Shown one piece after another: positions 35,694 to 45,409 of a DNA stretch of 45,668 bases. Position 1 is the first letter of the stretch, and the number at the start of each line of letters is the position of its first letter. The notes beneath the pieces were generated by a model. The model had not been told where the DNA came from and ran no database searches. It saw only the letters and a program-made list of their open reading frames with translations. The stretch covers positions 1 through 45,668 of the IMG/VR virus record IMGVR_UViG_3300048998_000058. The stretch is one strand, 5' to 3'. The stretch is from a virus (lineage: Duplodnaviria > Caudoviricetes). A program made the position numbers and the translations under genes.

Positions 35694-36782
35694 TTATAGA
35701 CCAGCACGGCGGAATGCCGCTGGTTCTTTCTTTCGCATTTCTTCAAGCGTCATAGGCTTGAAGTTCTTGTCCAAGTTCAACTTGGCAAAATCGTCGGCGC
35801 TTAACCCACCCTTGCGGAACAGCTCGCCGCGTGTAGGGCCGAGTGCGTCGTCCTGGAAATCACTGGGCTGCGTCTTCAACCATTCGTAGTACGTAAGGTC
35901 TGCGGCCACTGCCTTGCCGCCCTTCGCACCTTTGCTTGCACGCTGAGTAAGCGACAGTACGTCAACACCATCGATGTTCGCCACGGTAACGCTGCGGCAC
36001 CCGATGTGGATCGGCGGTGTTGGGCCAGCACCGACTTTGAACACGCGACCGTCGAGCGACTTACAAATCTGTGTCGTGCGGCTATCGAGTGTCGACACCC
36101 ATGTATAGCCGCTGACGATATCCTTGTTCGCGTCCCACGTTGCTTCGCGAGCTTGGGCGCTTACATGCTGTACGGCGGTTCGCACCATGGCCGCAGTTTC
36201 GCGGCGCGTCTTGCCTGTGAGAATGCCATCTTTGTAACCAGCTGATTTCGTGCCGCGAATCTTGGTAACGATTTGAGCGGTAGTCTGGCCCTGCGAATAC
36301 CCAACGCGGATCGCACCATTGACATTCTTAACGACCGAGTTTTGCCAGCCCTTGATAAAGTCTGCAAGTAAGTCTCCCGTTGCCTCGATCGGAGTGGTCG
36401 CTGCGCGGGTAAAGGCAGCGGTTGTGACTTTCTTTATCGTGTTCTCGGCGACTACGATTGCCAGCGTGCGCGCTTCGAACTCAGCAGCGTACTGACTAAC
36501 CGCTTTCAAGTCCGTGTTCAGCGTGGCGGTGTATTTGTTGGTCGTCTGGTTGACCTGCGCAGCAACGTCGGCCAGCAGTGTTCGCAGCTGCACCTGACCA
36601 ATGCTCGACAGCTTGCCATCGCCGACCCGCGACAACACAGCACGAATCTGCCGATCCAGCTGAATCAGCACGTCGTCGAACTTGGCAACTTCACCAGACT
36701 TCAATCGTTCCAGATATACTTGGTAACGAATGGCAACGTCGTGGATGTGCTGCGCAACATTGGTCAGGCGCTTGGTTGCCAT
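35694..36782 (-). CDS. Head morphogenesis protein (SPP1 gp7 / Mu F-like)
   Basis: VRTA, WVSTLDSRTTQICKSLDG, PPIHIGCRS. Confidence 0.9.
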   Translation of the reverse strand: MATKRLTNVAQHIHDVAIRYQVYLERLKSGEVAKFDDVLIQLDRQIRAVLSRVGDGKLSSIGQVQLRTLLADVAAQVNQTTNKYTATLNTDLKAVSQYAAEFEARTLAIVVAENTIKKVTTAAFTRAATTPIEATGDLLADFIKGWQNSVVKNVNGAIRVGYSQGQTTAQIVTKIRGTKSAGYKDGILTGKTRRETAAMVRTAVQHVSAQAREATWDANKDIVSGYTWVSTLDSRTTQICKSLDGRVFKVGAGPTPPIHIGCRSVTVANIDGVDVLSLTQRASKGAKGGKAVAADLTYYEWLKTQPSDFQDDALGPTRGELFRKGGLSADDFAKLNLDKNFKPMTLEEMRKKEPAAFRRAGL

Positions 36783-36785
36783 GGC

Positions 36786-38387
36786 TTATGCGTCCACAGC
36801 CGGCGCGTTGGGGTCGGCCTGTACCGGGTTGCCATTGGCATCGAGCACGGGCGGCGGGGTTGGTTCAAGTATCTGGTCGAGCTTGACAGCATCTGCATGG
36901 TCGTTATCGATCTGCTCCTTCGCTGCGTCGTCATCCTCTATGGCAATGCCCGACTGGCGAAGCGCGCCGCGATACTCGCCCCAGGTAATGCCGCCACCTT
37001 GCCATTCAGCCATGAGCTGAGCACGCTCCTGGAACGACATGCGCGAAATGGCAAAGTCAGTCGACAGTTTGAACGTGATCGTTTTGTCGGTTTGGTTCTC
37101 GGCGCTCGACACGGCGGGGTCGGCATCGCCGGTCATAAACAGCGAGCACCACTTCAGCGCCTGCGTATACGCTGCGCCCGTGTTCTTCGCTACGGTAGCC
37201 AGTGCACTGGTCGACGCAGCGTTGTCCATCTGCGCTTCGCCCAAGGTGCGCTGTACGTCGCGGTTCTCGACCAGCTTAGCTCCGATGGCGACCATCTGCT
37301 TTTCTTTATGCAACATGGCTTCCATGGGCATGGCGTTCGGAGCCACTTGCAGAATGCCAGCTTGGCCGTTGACCGGCAAAGCCATGATGCCGCGACTGCC
37401 AACTTCGACGACGCCATTCAAAACCTCCTTCACCCAGTTCTTCGTCAGGCCACTGGCCCAGAACGTCGGCTGGCCCACCATGTAGCAGCTGTCTTCGTAA
37501 TCGGCGCTGTTGCGGTAGTGCGCCATGTTCAGCACGCACAGTCCGTACAGCATCGGCTTGTCGCAGTTCTCGTCGTTGTTCAACGAGCCGACGAACGTAA
37601 ACGGGATTTCCCGTAACGGCTGGCCTTTGCCATCGGTCGGCACGAAGGTGTCTTCTTTGTAGTACTCACCTTCTGTCGCCAGCGCGTTCGCTGCGGTCTG
37701 GTTGGGTATGGTCGTGCCCTTCGCTGCTGGCTTGGTCGCCTTGCGGTACACGTCAACGCTGTAGTTACCGGTCGTGTCGTCGAGGAACAGAACACGCCAC
37801 TGGTCGTCTTCCTTAATCTCAAAACCGTCGTCGACGATGGGGCAGGTTTCCTGTATCACGACCAGCGACAGCAGCTTCTTAGCGCCGAGCATCTTCGTAC
37901 GCCAGTTGATAACCGACCACGGGCTGTACGAAAGGATCGTGGGACGCGCTACGCCGTCGTCTACCTGCTGCTTGGTGGCAGGGGCACCTGCGAGGTCGGG
38001 GTAATCGACCAGCAGGGCGCTGCGACCGTAGGCGAGGGTTTCGCCCAAGGTCTTCTTCGACATCTGCGTCAGGCCGACGCCACCGCCGTCGGCGTTGTCC
38101 TTCAACAGATCCATGTTGTCAGGGATTTCGATAACAGGTTCGGCAGCGAACACCTGACCGATCAAACCGTCAAGCGTGTTACTGGCGACCTGATAGAACA
38201 CAGCACGTTCGACATATCCGTCGAAGCGCAGCTGGTTCATCACACTGGTGTCGGCAGCATTGGGTCGCGGCAGGTATTGGTCGCCTGCGAGCTTGACCGC
38301 TTCGCTACCGTTCAAGCATGCACGGATCAAGTCCCAACGCTTGCCAAAGTCGCTGATCTCGTTTCGGATAAAACTCACGTTTGCCAT
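36786..38387 (-). CDS. Portal protein (DUF4055-like)
   Basis: YLPRP, Y.ERAVFY, YGRS.LLVDYP, INWR, IPFTFVG, N.AHYRNSADYE. Confidence 0.9.
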   Translation of the reverse strand: MANVSFIRNEISDFGKRWDLIRACLNGSEAVKLAGDQYLPRPNAADTSVMNQLRFDGYVERAVFYQVASNTLDGLIGQVFAAEPVIEIPDNMDLLKDNADGGGVGLTQMSKKTLGETLAYGRSALLVDYPDLAGAPATKQQVDDGVARPTILSYSPWSVINWRTKMLGAKKLLSLVVIQETCPIVDDGFEIKEDDQWRVLFLDDTTGNYSVDVYRKATKPAAKGTTIPNQTAANALATEGEYYKEDTFVPTDGKGQPLREIPFTFVGSLNNDENCDKPMLYGLCVLNMAHYRNSADYEDSCYMVGQPTFWASGLTKNWVKEVLNGVVEVGSRGIMALPVNGQAGILQVAPNAMPMEAMLHKEKQMVAIGAKLVENRDVQRTLGEAQMDNAASTSALATVAKNTGAAYTQALKWCSLFMTGDADPAVSSAENQTDKTITFKLSTDFAISRMSFQERAQLMAEWQGGGITWGEYRGALRQSGIAIEDDDAAKEQIDNDHADAVKLDQILEPTPPPVLDANGNPVQADPNAPAVDA

Positions 38388-38396
38388 GGCAGGTCC

Positions 38397-40013
38397 TTAG
38401 GTCGGGAACTTGGTTTTCAGTTTCGTGGCGTAGCGCAGATTGCCCTTGAGTACGCGGTAACGGATACCGTCGTACGCATGGTCTTCGCTGTCGGTGTCTA
38501 CATCGTCCATGTCGTCTTCGTTTCGCGGCAGCACCGGCAACGTCGCACGGGTTACCCAGCAGTTCCGCATAAAGTAGATGCCGGGCTTTTCCTTACCATC
38601 ACGGGTGTTCTGTAAGCGGTCTCGTAGCATCTGCAAACCACGCTTACGACTGCCTCGCGACTTGTTGCTGCGTTCCCACGTTACGCCTACTTCTTCCATC
38701 TTCGATGCGAAGGTTTCTTCCTGGTCGCCTTCGTTCTCGTTGAAAATCTGGTTGTCGGCAGGGCCGTCTTGCACATCGCTATCGATCCAGCCGTCGTCGC
38801 GCAATTCCTCTTCGTAATCGAGAATCAGCTGCGCTAAGTCTTCGCTGCTTTGCTTGCTGCCTTGGTTGGTGCCGATTTCCTCAGCGCCGTATATCTCGCC
38901 GATGAGGATTAAGCTACCTGGTGCTGGCGCAAACAACTTGCCGCCCGGCAACGTTACTTCTTCCCCATTCGCTTCTGCCCACCAACCAACCCAGTACGGC
39001 GCTGTGCTGCCCCAGTCCATCGAACGGTCAACAACCCAGTTATCAGGCACTTGGAATCGGTCGACCACCACTTTGTTCTCGGCCCACACATCGTCGAGCG
39101 CGCCGCCGGCCACAATGTTCCAATTACCGTACAACCATGCTTCGCGTTTGTTCTCGTCTTTCATGGACTCCAGTTCGGCGATGTACTCCGGCGACAGATA
39201 GGTGTTTTCTTTGTACGAACCGAAAATACGAACCTGTGTTTTCGTAATGACTTCGCGTTCCTGCGTGCGGGGATTGAATACGTTAACGCGCTTGTATACG
39301 ATCTCACCGGGCTCCGCCTTATCGATGTACTCACGCTTTACCCAGTTGTGACCGGGGCCGAATGGATTCGTGGTGCTGTTCACTTCGAGCGGAATCTCGC
39401 CGAGTATGTACAAACCCCATTCGTCGTCGGTGTTCAGCGCTTCATGGCGCTGGTCGGCAAGGTCCTCCGGCTCGAAGCGCTGCAAGCCTCGCAGCATAGC
39501 TTCGAAGTGGCGCATGCGCACTGGGTGTTCCTGCGGCAAGAACGACGAACGGTTACACGACATCATCATGTCGTAGAGTTCCGAGGTCGGGTACTTCGTC
39601 AGCTCGTTCCAGTTAATGCTGGGGAACTCTTGCCCGTGGTAAATCCAGTAATGCGCGGCGCGCTTAATGTGGCGAAGCATGAACTCTTCGCCTGTCGGCC
39701 ACTTCCACTTGAACGAACCTGTGCCCTGTGCGAACTTCGCACCGTCCGCGAACTCGGGGTACCAACGCTGCATCTTCGAGACAATGTCTTCGAGGTTCTT
39801 GTACTCGCGGTCGAACAGAATGCCACGCCAGAATTTGCCGTAGCCAAGCCCCACGTTTTTGCGGAACTTCATAATCTGCCAATCGGTCTTACCCGGGCCG
39901 CGAGTTCCCTCATATAGCGTGTGGTTGCACGGCGACACCAACGCAAGCGCTTGGCTACCGGCAAGCGGTGACCATGCTACGGGGTTGTCGCTGCGCGAGC
40001 CGCCGTCAGCCAT
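38397..40013 (-). CDS. terL: Terminase large subunit
   Basis: GTRGPGKT Walker A, HGQEF...WNELT, TTNPFGPGH, DWGS, EDHAYDGIRY. Confidence 0.95.
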   Translation of the reverse strand: MADGGSRSDNPVAWSPLAGSQALALVSPCNHTLYEGTRGPGKTDWQIMKFRKNVGLGYGKFWRGILFDREYKNLEDIVSKMQRWYPEFADGAKFAQGTGSFKWKWPTGEEFMLRHIKRAAHYWIYHGQEFPSINWNELTKYPTSELYDMMMSCNRSSFLPQEHPVRMRHFEAMLRGLQRFEPEDLADQRHEALNTDDEWGLYILGEIPLEVNSTTNPFGPGHNWVKREYIDKAEPGEIVYKRVNVFNPRTQEREVITKTQVRIFGSYKENTYLSPEYIAELESMKDENKREAWLYGNWNIVAGGALDDVWAENKVVVDRFQVPDNWVVDRSMDWGSTAPYWVGWWAEANGEEVTLPGGKLFAPAPGSLILIGEIYGAEEIGTNQGSKQSSEDLAQLILDYEEELRDDGWIDSDVQDGPADNQIFNENEGDQEETFASKMEEVGVTWERSNKSRGSRKRGLQMLRDRLQNTRDGKEKPGIYFMRNCWVTRATLPVLPRNEDDMDDVDTDSEDHAYDGIRYRVLKGNLRYATKLKTKFPT

Positions 40014-40246
40014 TACTGATCCTCGTTCACAGACATGGCGGCAATCGTCAGCAGTCCGATAGTCTCGGATTTGCGTGGCGGGTTGCCCAGCGTTCGCACA
40101 CTGTAGTCATGGTCTGTCGACAACACGCATATGATCGTGCGCACGTCGGTGATACGATTGGCTTCGATTTCGTTCGCCAAGAAACGCAGGTCGTCAACCA
40201 CAGATTGCGGACCCAGTTCGTTGGATATCACTCGGAGGTTAGTCAC
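40013..40246 (-). CDS. Hypothetical protein
   Basis: AAGGAG RBS; coupled between terminase genes. Confidence 0.65.
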   Translation of the reverse strand: MTNLRVISNELGPQSVVDDLRFLANEIEANRITDVRTIICVLSTDHDYSVRTLGNPPRKSETIGLLTIAAMSVNEDQ

Positions 40247-40766
40247 GGACCGACTCCTTTAGCTTACGTTGCGTTTCCTTCGCGATTTTGGCCCAGCCTT
40301 CTAAGCCGCCTTCGACAAGGGGAACGAGCATGACGCCACCGACGCCATTACGGTTTGTGTTAGCTCCGCTTGCTTCGGCAGCTTCGAGCACAGCTCGGAG
40401 TTCCTTGATCGCGGCAACCTGTTCATTATACTTCGCATACGGCGAGTTCGAGACTTCGAGCAGCTTTGCAGCGATGCGCGTGGGCGACACCATCTGCGAC
40501 GGCGTCATGCTGTCGATGCGTTTTTGAATTGCCTGTGCAACTTCGATCTTCTGTAGCAGCGAATGCCCACGCTTGCCAGCAGCCAACATAGGAATGCCGC
40601 AGCGCATGGCCGCAGCTTTCGGGTCAAAGTCGATTACATACTGTTCGACGAAGAGTTCTTCGATGGTGCGCATGTCCGTCACTGACGGCTGAGCACTACC
40701 TGGCTTCGCCTTAGCTTTTCGGCTTTGCGTCGGTGCTTTCGATTTTGGAGCAGAACTCCGGGGCAT
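40239..40766 (-). CDS. terS: Terminase small subunit
   Basis: FVEQYVIDFD...AAMRCG HTH; GGVMLVP...W C-terminus; upstream of TerL. Confidence 0.85.
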   Translation of the reverse strand: MPRSSAPKSKAPTQSRKAKAKPGSAQPSVTDMRTIEELFVEQYVIDFDPKAAAMRCGIPMLAAGKRGHSLLQKIEVAQAIQKRIDSMTPSQMVSPTRIAAKLLEVSNSPYAKYNEQVAAIKELRAVLEAAEASGANTNRNGVGGVMLVPLVEGGLEGWAKIAKETQRKLKESVRD

Positions 40767-41100
40767 TGGGTGTTCCTATTGCGGCACTGCCGCGCATGCT
40801 TGCAGGTAATAGCGAGAACCACTGTGCAGCTCTGTATACTTGGCATGCGCACTTCTGCGCTGCTAGTTTCCAGTCCAATCGCGAAGTGCTTAGGTCACCG
40901 ACCGTTGCTGTTTCGCTTTGCAGCTTTGCTTCGAAGCCTTGGTCTACCGATGCTTCGCACAGCGCAAGCACAGGAGCAGGAGGCAACGTTGCGATTACAT
41001 CACTTGCTTGTACTAGGGGCTGGCGCGTCGGGCTGGTTGGCGAGCACGCGCTGCACGCTAGTAGGCAGGCGAGTGTCAAGCAGCGATTTAACTTCGTCAC
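40711..41100 (-). CDS. o-spanin (Rz1-like lipoprotein)
   Basis: Lipobox-like LLACSAC, Pro-rich, Cys residues; overlaps i-spanin 3' end. Confidence 0.75.
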   Translation of the reverse strand: MTKLNRCLTLACLLACSACSPTSPTRQPLVQASDVIATLPPAPVLALCEASVDQGFEAKLQSETATVGDLSTSRLDWKLAAQKCACQVYRAAQWFSLLPASMRGSAAIGTPNAPEFCSKIESTDAKPKS

Positions 41101-41443
41101 TTTTCTTCTCCAGCTGCGAAATACGTGTGCGGACTGTGGTGTCCGTTTTACCCAGCGACTTATAATCGTCTAGCAAACCTTGCACTACGTCGCTGTCACG
41201 CTGGCGCAGATCGGCGAGGGTCTGCACCGCAGCCTTCTGTTTCGTCATTTCGACGGCCTGCGCTTTTACATCGCCTTGCAGCCCAGTCACTTGGTCCTTT
41301 AGCGTGCCGGTGCTTTCGTGCAACACACCGTTCTGTCGGAACAACCACCAACATGCACTGCACGTGATGATAGCAATGACGATCAGTATGTAGTCGAGCC
41401 ATAACCGAATCTTCGGCAATGCAATGTCACTTAGGAAGCCCAT
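41000..41443 (-). CDS. i-spanin (Rz-like)
   Basis: N-terminal TM, coiled-coil, LD..LP C-terminus; AGGAG RBS. Confidence 0.8.
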   Translation of the reverse strand: MGFLSDIALPKIRLWLDYILIVIAIITCSACWWLFRQNGVLHESTGTLKDQVTGLQGDVKAQAVEMTKQKAAVQTLADLRQRDSDVVQGLLDDYKSLGKTDTTVRTRISQLEKKSDEVKSLLDTRLPTSVQRVLANQPDAPAPSTSK

Positions 41444-41789
41444 CGCTATTCTCCTGGAGTTGCTTGATCTGTTCACTGCTAAGGCCGAATCGTTTGAGTA
41501 TAACCACCTCAAGGATCCGTGACGATGTGGCCGCTCCGATCCATCCACTAAGGCCAGCCATTGCCCCAGTCCAAAGGCTGTCCCATTTCAAAGCGGCGCA
41601 CACCAAGTAAATCAACATGCCGATAAAGGTGGCGCTGGCACCTTCGAGTAATGCGCGCGGCCACGTTGGAACTTTGCCTGCGTCGAGCGTGCGCATCAAG
41701 TACGACATCAAACCACCGAAGCCCGCCAGTGCAAGACACAAGCAGGCTGTAAATACATCGAACCCTTCTGGTGCCTTGTACACGGTCAT
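41427..41789 (-). CDS. Holin (LydA-like, 3 TM)
   Basis: GGLMSYLMR, SATFIG, AGLSGWIGA. Confidence 0.85.
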   Translation of the reverse strand: MTVYKAPEGFDVFTACLCLALAGFGGLMSYLMRTLDAGKVPTWPRALLEGASATFIGMLIYLVCAALKWDSLWTGAMAGLSGWIGAATSSRILEVVILKRFGLSSEQIKQLQENSDGLPK

Positions 41790-41793
41790 CGCC

Positions 41794-42207
41794 TTACGCT
41801 GCGATGCCGGCCAGTGCCAAGCCTTCGTCTATCTGCTGCTGAGTGGCCTGGACGCGCCCATTCTCGTGTTTGATTATCGCAGTCACGAGAGGCATCATCG
41901 TGTCGTAACTGCGTACGTCGATAACAGCGGTCGGCTCAACGTCGATGTTAGCTGCGACGGCCTGGACGTATGCTGTGGTGTTGTTCTCGTTGGGAGGTGC
42001 CCACTTGCTGATGATCGCAGCGCAGGTCACGTTGCCTTGGTTGCGATACGACAACATGATCTTGGCAATGGCGCGAATACCGAACTTGACATCCGTGAAT
42101 GTGCAGAACGATTTATCAGTCTGTGCAGCTGCAAGACCTTGCCACGAGTCACCGTGACGAATGTTACCTGGGTTGTTGTTGCGCTCACCACGAGTTAACT
42201 CGGACAT
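41794..42207 (-). CDS. Putative endolysin (RNNNPGNIR lysozyme-like family)
   Basis: RGERNNNPGNIR, F.....GIRA, IISKWAPPNENNT.AY, AII.HENG; first gene of holin-spanin cassette. Confidence 0.75.
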   Translation of the reverse strand: MSELTRGERNNNPGNIRHGDSWQGLAAAQTDKSFCTFTDVKFGIRAIAKIMLSYRNQGNVTCAAIISKWAPPNENNTTAYVQAVAANIDVEPTAVIDVRSYDTMMPLVTAIIKHENGRVQATQQQIDEGLALAGIAA

Positions 42208-42359
42208 GTTGTCGCTCCAATTAAAAGGATGCGCTACGACGTCGGTTGCCAGGATGAGGAGCGAACTCGAACCAAGACCGACGCCGCAGCGCACGAACCC
42301 ACAATGCCGGGGTGTTGCCGTTGTTGCAAGCACCGCGTAACCTCGCGCGCGACGCTGAA

Positions 42360-42740
42360 TGGGGTTCTTTATTGATTACACATTGTTTGCTAAGTAAAAC
42401 AAGCACTTGACTAATGGCGGTCGAATCTGTATAAATGTGTAAATTGGTCTAAAGTGCTTAAAACAAGGGATAAAACTCAGTTCTTTTTACACATTTACAT
42501 ATTTACAAATAAAATTGAGTAGGTATGAGAAAAGTAAAGTAGCTATAAATATATATAGTTGGCCGAAATTTGCGTAAATGCGTAATGCGTAAATTCATCA
42601 ACAAAAAGACCTTGTTTTATCTGGTTTTGACAATTTACACATAAAAAATAATGCGTATAAAATGTGTAAATTTAGGCAGAATCTCGAAGATTTCGGCCAC
42701 TTCCCAGTCATGCTCATTATAGACGATGGCTTAAATCAAC
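42360..42740. other. AT-rich intergenic region with iteron-like repeats; putative replication origin and divergent promoters
   Basis: ATGTGTAAATT at 42435(+), 42632(-), 42662(+); TGCGTAA(A)T x3 at 42571-42595; TTTACA x3 at 42486-42510; upstream of primase-helicase. Confidence 0.7.
42407..42435 (+). promoter_or_regulatory. Sigma70 promoter (TTGACT-17-TATAAA)
   Basis: Near-consensus hexamers with 17-nt spacer, pointing at the primase-helicase. Confidence 0.65.
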
Positions 42741-42838
42741 CTTGATTGCACCTGTGCATTTGCAAACGAACACTTTTTGGCATACAGTGCGCAACGCAGT
42801 CGAACCAACCAAAAGCCCAGAATCGGGGAGCGAAGTAC

Positions 42839-44899
42839 ATGGCAGCAAAGCGGAGTGTGCCGAGTGGCACAGACTTAAAGTCGCTGTACGAAACCAAGTT
42901 AAAGGGATCCAAACTAACCCCAGGTAATGCAGCGAAGTTAAAGCTGCAATTAAAAACCGCAGCGTTATGTCCTGCGGAATTACCTGCGCAAGCGGGCGGC
43001 TTTGTTATCCCGTACTTCGATATGGCGGGTAAACCGACGAAGTTCTATCGCTACCGCTATTTGGAAATACCCAAGCGCGGCGGCTTCGATGCAATAGTGC
43101 AGCGCAAGGAACTTCGCTACGCACAGCCAGCGAAATCGGCGAACGAGATTTACCTACCCCCGTTGGTCGACTGGCGACGTATAGCGAAGGACGCCAACAC
43201 ACCGCTGATAATAACCGAAGGCGAGTTAAAGGCCGCGTGCGTTACCGCGACTACACCCTACCCCTGCATCGGCCTAGGTGGTGTGTGGGTATGGAAGTCC
43301 GCCAACCGGCGCATGCCACTGCTGCCACAGTTCAAGGAATTCGAATGGTCGGGCCGCGCGGTGTTTATCGTGTTCGACAGCGATGCGGTAACCAACCCCA
43401 TGGTGATGCAAGCCGAGAATGCGTTGGCCCGTGCGTTGACTGCATTGGGGGCTGAGCCGTATGTAGGACGCCTACCCATGTCGGACGACGGCCACAAGGT
43501 AGGGCTGGACGATTATCTGCTGGAGCATTCCGTAGAGGAGTTGGAGGAACTACTCGAAGCCGCCCCACCATGGGCGCAGGCCGAAGAGCTGCACAAGTTG
43601 AATGAGGAAGTGATTTACGTTCGCGACCCCGGCTTGATCCTTCGGCTCGACACCTTGCAACGTATGTCGCCCCAAGCATTCCAGCAGCACGCCTATAGCA
43701 CGCGCGTGTACTACGAACAGCAGGAAGGCAAAGGGGGTAGCGTGTTGGTAGCCAAGTCGGCTCCGAAGGAATGGTTAAAGTGGCCTGCTCGTGGCGAGGT
43801 CGCGCGCAGTACCTACGAGCCGGGCGCAGATCGCATTACGACCAAGGGCGAGTTGAACGTGTGGCCGGGTTGGAAAGCGACCCCCATAAAGGGTGACATA
43901 AAACCGTGGACGCAACTGCTCGACTACCTGTTTGCTGGTGAGCCTGCATCACGCATATGGCTCGAACGCTGGCTGGCCTGTGCTTTGCAGCAGCCTGGAG
44001 TAAAGCAGTACACAAGTGTCTTGCTATGGGGCTTGCGGCACGGTAGCGGCAAGTCGCTGGTCGGCTACACCATGCGCGAGATATACGGTGCCAACTGGGT
44101 CGAGCTGAACGACGACGACCTGCACGCCACGCACAACGAGTGGGCCGAGAACAAGCAGTTCGTACTAGGGGACGAAATCACTGGCGGTGACAAGCGGTCG
44201 GTAAGCGATAAGATGAAGGGGATGATTTCGCGCAACACGATGCGAATCAACGTCAAGTACATTCCATCGTACACTGTGCGCGATTGCATCAACTACTACT
44301 TTACGTCGAACCATCCCGACGCATTCTTCCTTGAAGACGACGACCGCCGTTACTTTATCCACGAAGTAGTCGGCGACCCATTGCCAGACGAGTTTTACCG
44401 CAACTACGAAAAGTGGATGTTGTCGAACGCAGGTGCGAACGCATTGTTCTATCACTTCCTCACGCTCGACATGGGCGACTTTAACCCCAAGGCGAAAGCC
44501 CCGGCCACCGACGCCAAGCGCGACATGCAGCACACCGGTAGGTCGGACCTTGGCACTTGGTGCGCTCAGTTGAAGGAAGACCCCGACAGCGTTTTACGGT
44601 TCGGCAATAAGGTGCTGCCGTTCAAACTAATGCGTAGCGAGGATCTGTTGAAGCTGTACGACCCCGAGAACAAGGGGCGTGTAACCGCCAACGGGTTGTC
44701 GCGCGAACTGCGTAGGCAAAACTTCCCACGGGCTTATCGTGGGCAGGGCGTACCAACGAAGACTGATGGGCAGATTCGTTTATGGGCAGTTCGACCCATA
44801 GCGCCAAGGCTACTCGAAAGCGGCGCTATTTCTGCACAGATATACGACGACGAACGCAGCATGCCCAGTGCCGCGACAAAAACCCCCAAGCATCGATAA
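42839..44899 (+). CDS. Primase-helicase (DUF3854 TOPRIM plus SF3/DUF5906 helicase)
   Basis: IITEGELKA, IVFDSD, VGLDDY; Walker A GLRHGSGKS, VLGDEI, FTSNH, DDRRY. Confidence 0.92.
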   Translation: MAAKRSVPSGTDLKSLYETKLKGSKLTPGNAAKLKLQLKTAALCPAELPAQAGGFVIPYFDMAGKPTKFYRYRYLEIPKRGGFDAIVQRKELRYAQPAKSANEIYLPPLVDWRRIAKDANTPLIITEGELKAACVTATTPYPCIGLGGVWVWKSANRRMPLLPQFKEFEWSGRAVFIVFDSDAVTNPMVMQAENALARALTALGAEPYVGRLPMSDDGHKVGLDDYLLEHSVEELEELLEAAPPWAQAEELHKLNEEVIYVRDPGLILRLDTLQRMSPQAFQQHAYSTRVYYEQQEGKGGSVLVAKSAPKEWLKWPARGEVARSTYEPGADRITTKGELNVWPGWKATPIKGDIKPWTQLLDYLFAGEPASRIWLERWLACALQQPGVKQYTSVLLWGLRHGSGKSLVGYTMREIYGANWVELNDDDLHATHNEWAENKQFVLGDEITGGDKRSVSDKMKGMISRNTMRINVKYIPSYTVRDCINYYFTSNHPDAFFLEDDDRRYFIHEVVGDPLPDEFYRNYEKWMLSNAGANALFYHFLTLDMGDFNPKAKAPATDAKRDMQHTGRSDLGTWCAQLKEDPDSVLRFGNKVLPFKLMRSEDLLKLYDPENKGRVTANGLSRELRRQNFPRAYRGQGVPTKTDGQIRLWAVRPIAPRLLESGAISAQIYDDERSMPSAATKTPKHR

Positions 44900-44914
44900 T
44901 TGAGGAGCGAAGTT

Positions 44915-45409
44915 ATGATCAAGTGGTTAGGTGGGTACAAGGTAATGGAAGAATGCGGCGAGCTGGTGTGCGAGCTTGCCAAGGCAGCGCCGTTCCCCAG
45001 TGGGGTGCACCCCGATGGTAAGGGTGATCTTGTTACTCGCGTGGAGGACGAGATTGCCGACGTACTGGCAGCGTGCGAGTATTTTGTGCGGACCAACGGG
45101 CTGAACATGGATCGCATTATTGCGCGGAGCCAAACCAAGCTGGCGAAGTATATGCAGTGGGGGTTGACCGGGTTCCCCGACGGTGTCGACGAACCTGCCT
45201 ACGACAACTTGCCGTCGCACGAACACGAACTGTTTGCTGCCCAGCAGATAGACGAGCGTGGCTACTTCGTAAAAATGCTGTGTCGCGGTTGCAACGCATC
45301 GTGGCGCGGCTACCCAAACACGTTCGATGAACACATTGCTGACATGGAGCTGTCGACGCTCGATCCCATGTGGACACAGGTCACGGACGAACGTGGAGAC
45401 CCAGTATGA
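44915..45409 (+). CDS. MazG-like nucleotide pyrophosphohydrolase with C-terminal extension
   Basis: KVMEECGELV..LAK...EDEIADVLA; later CRGC. Confidence 0.8.
   Translation: MIKWLGGYKVMEECGELVCELAKAAPFPSGVHPDGKGDLVTRVEDEIADVLAACEYFVRTNGLNMDRIIARSQTKLAKYMQWGLTGFPDGVDEPAYDNLPSHEHELFAAQQIDERGYFVKMLCRGCNASWRGYPNTFDEHIADMELSTLDPMWTQVTDERGDPV

Noticed and set aside
39400-39540. Apparent insertion in TerL as an intein or intron
   Set aside because: Only ~40 aa, no intein terminal motifs, reading frame intact
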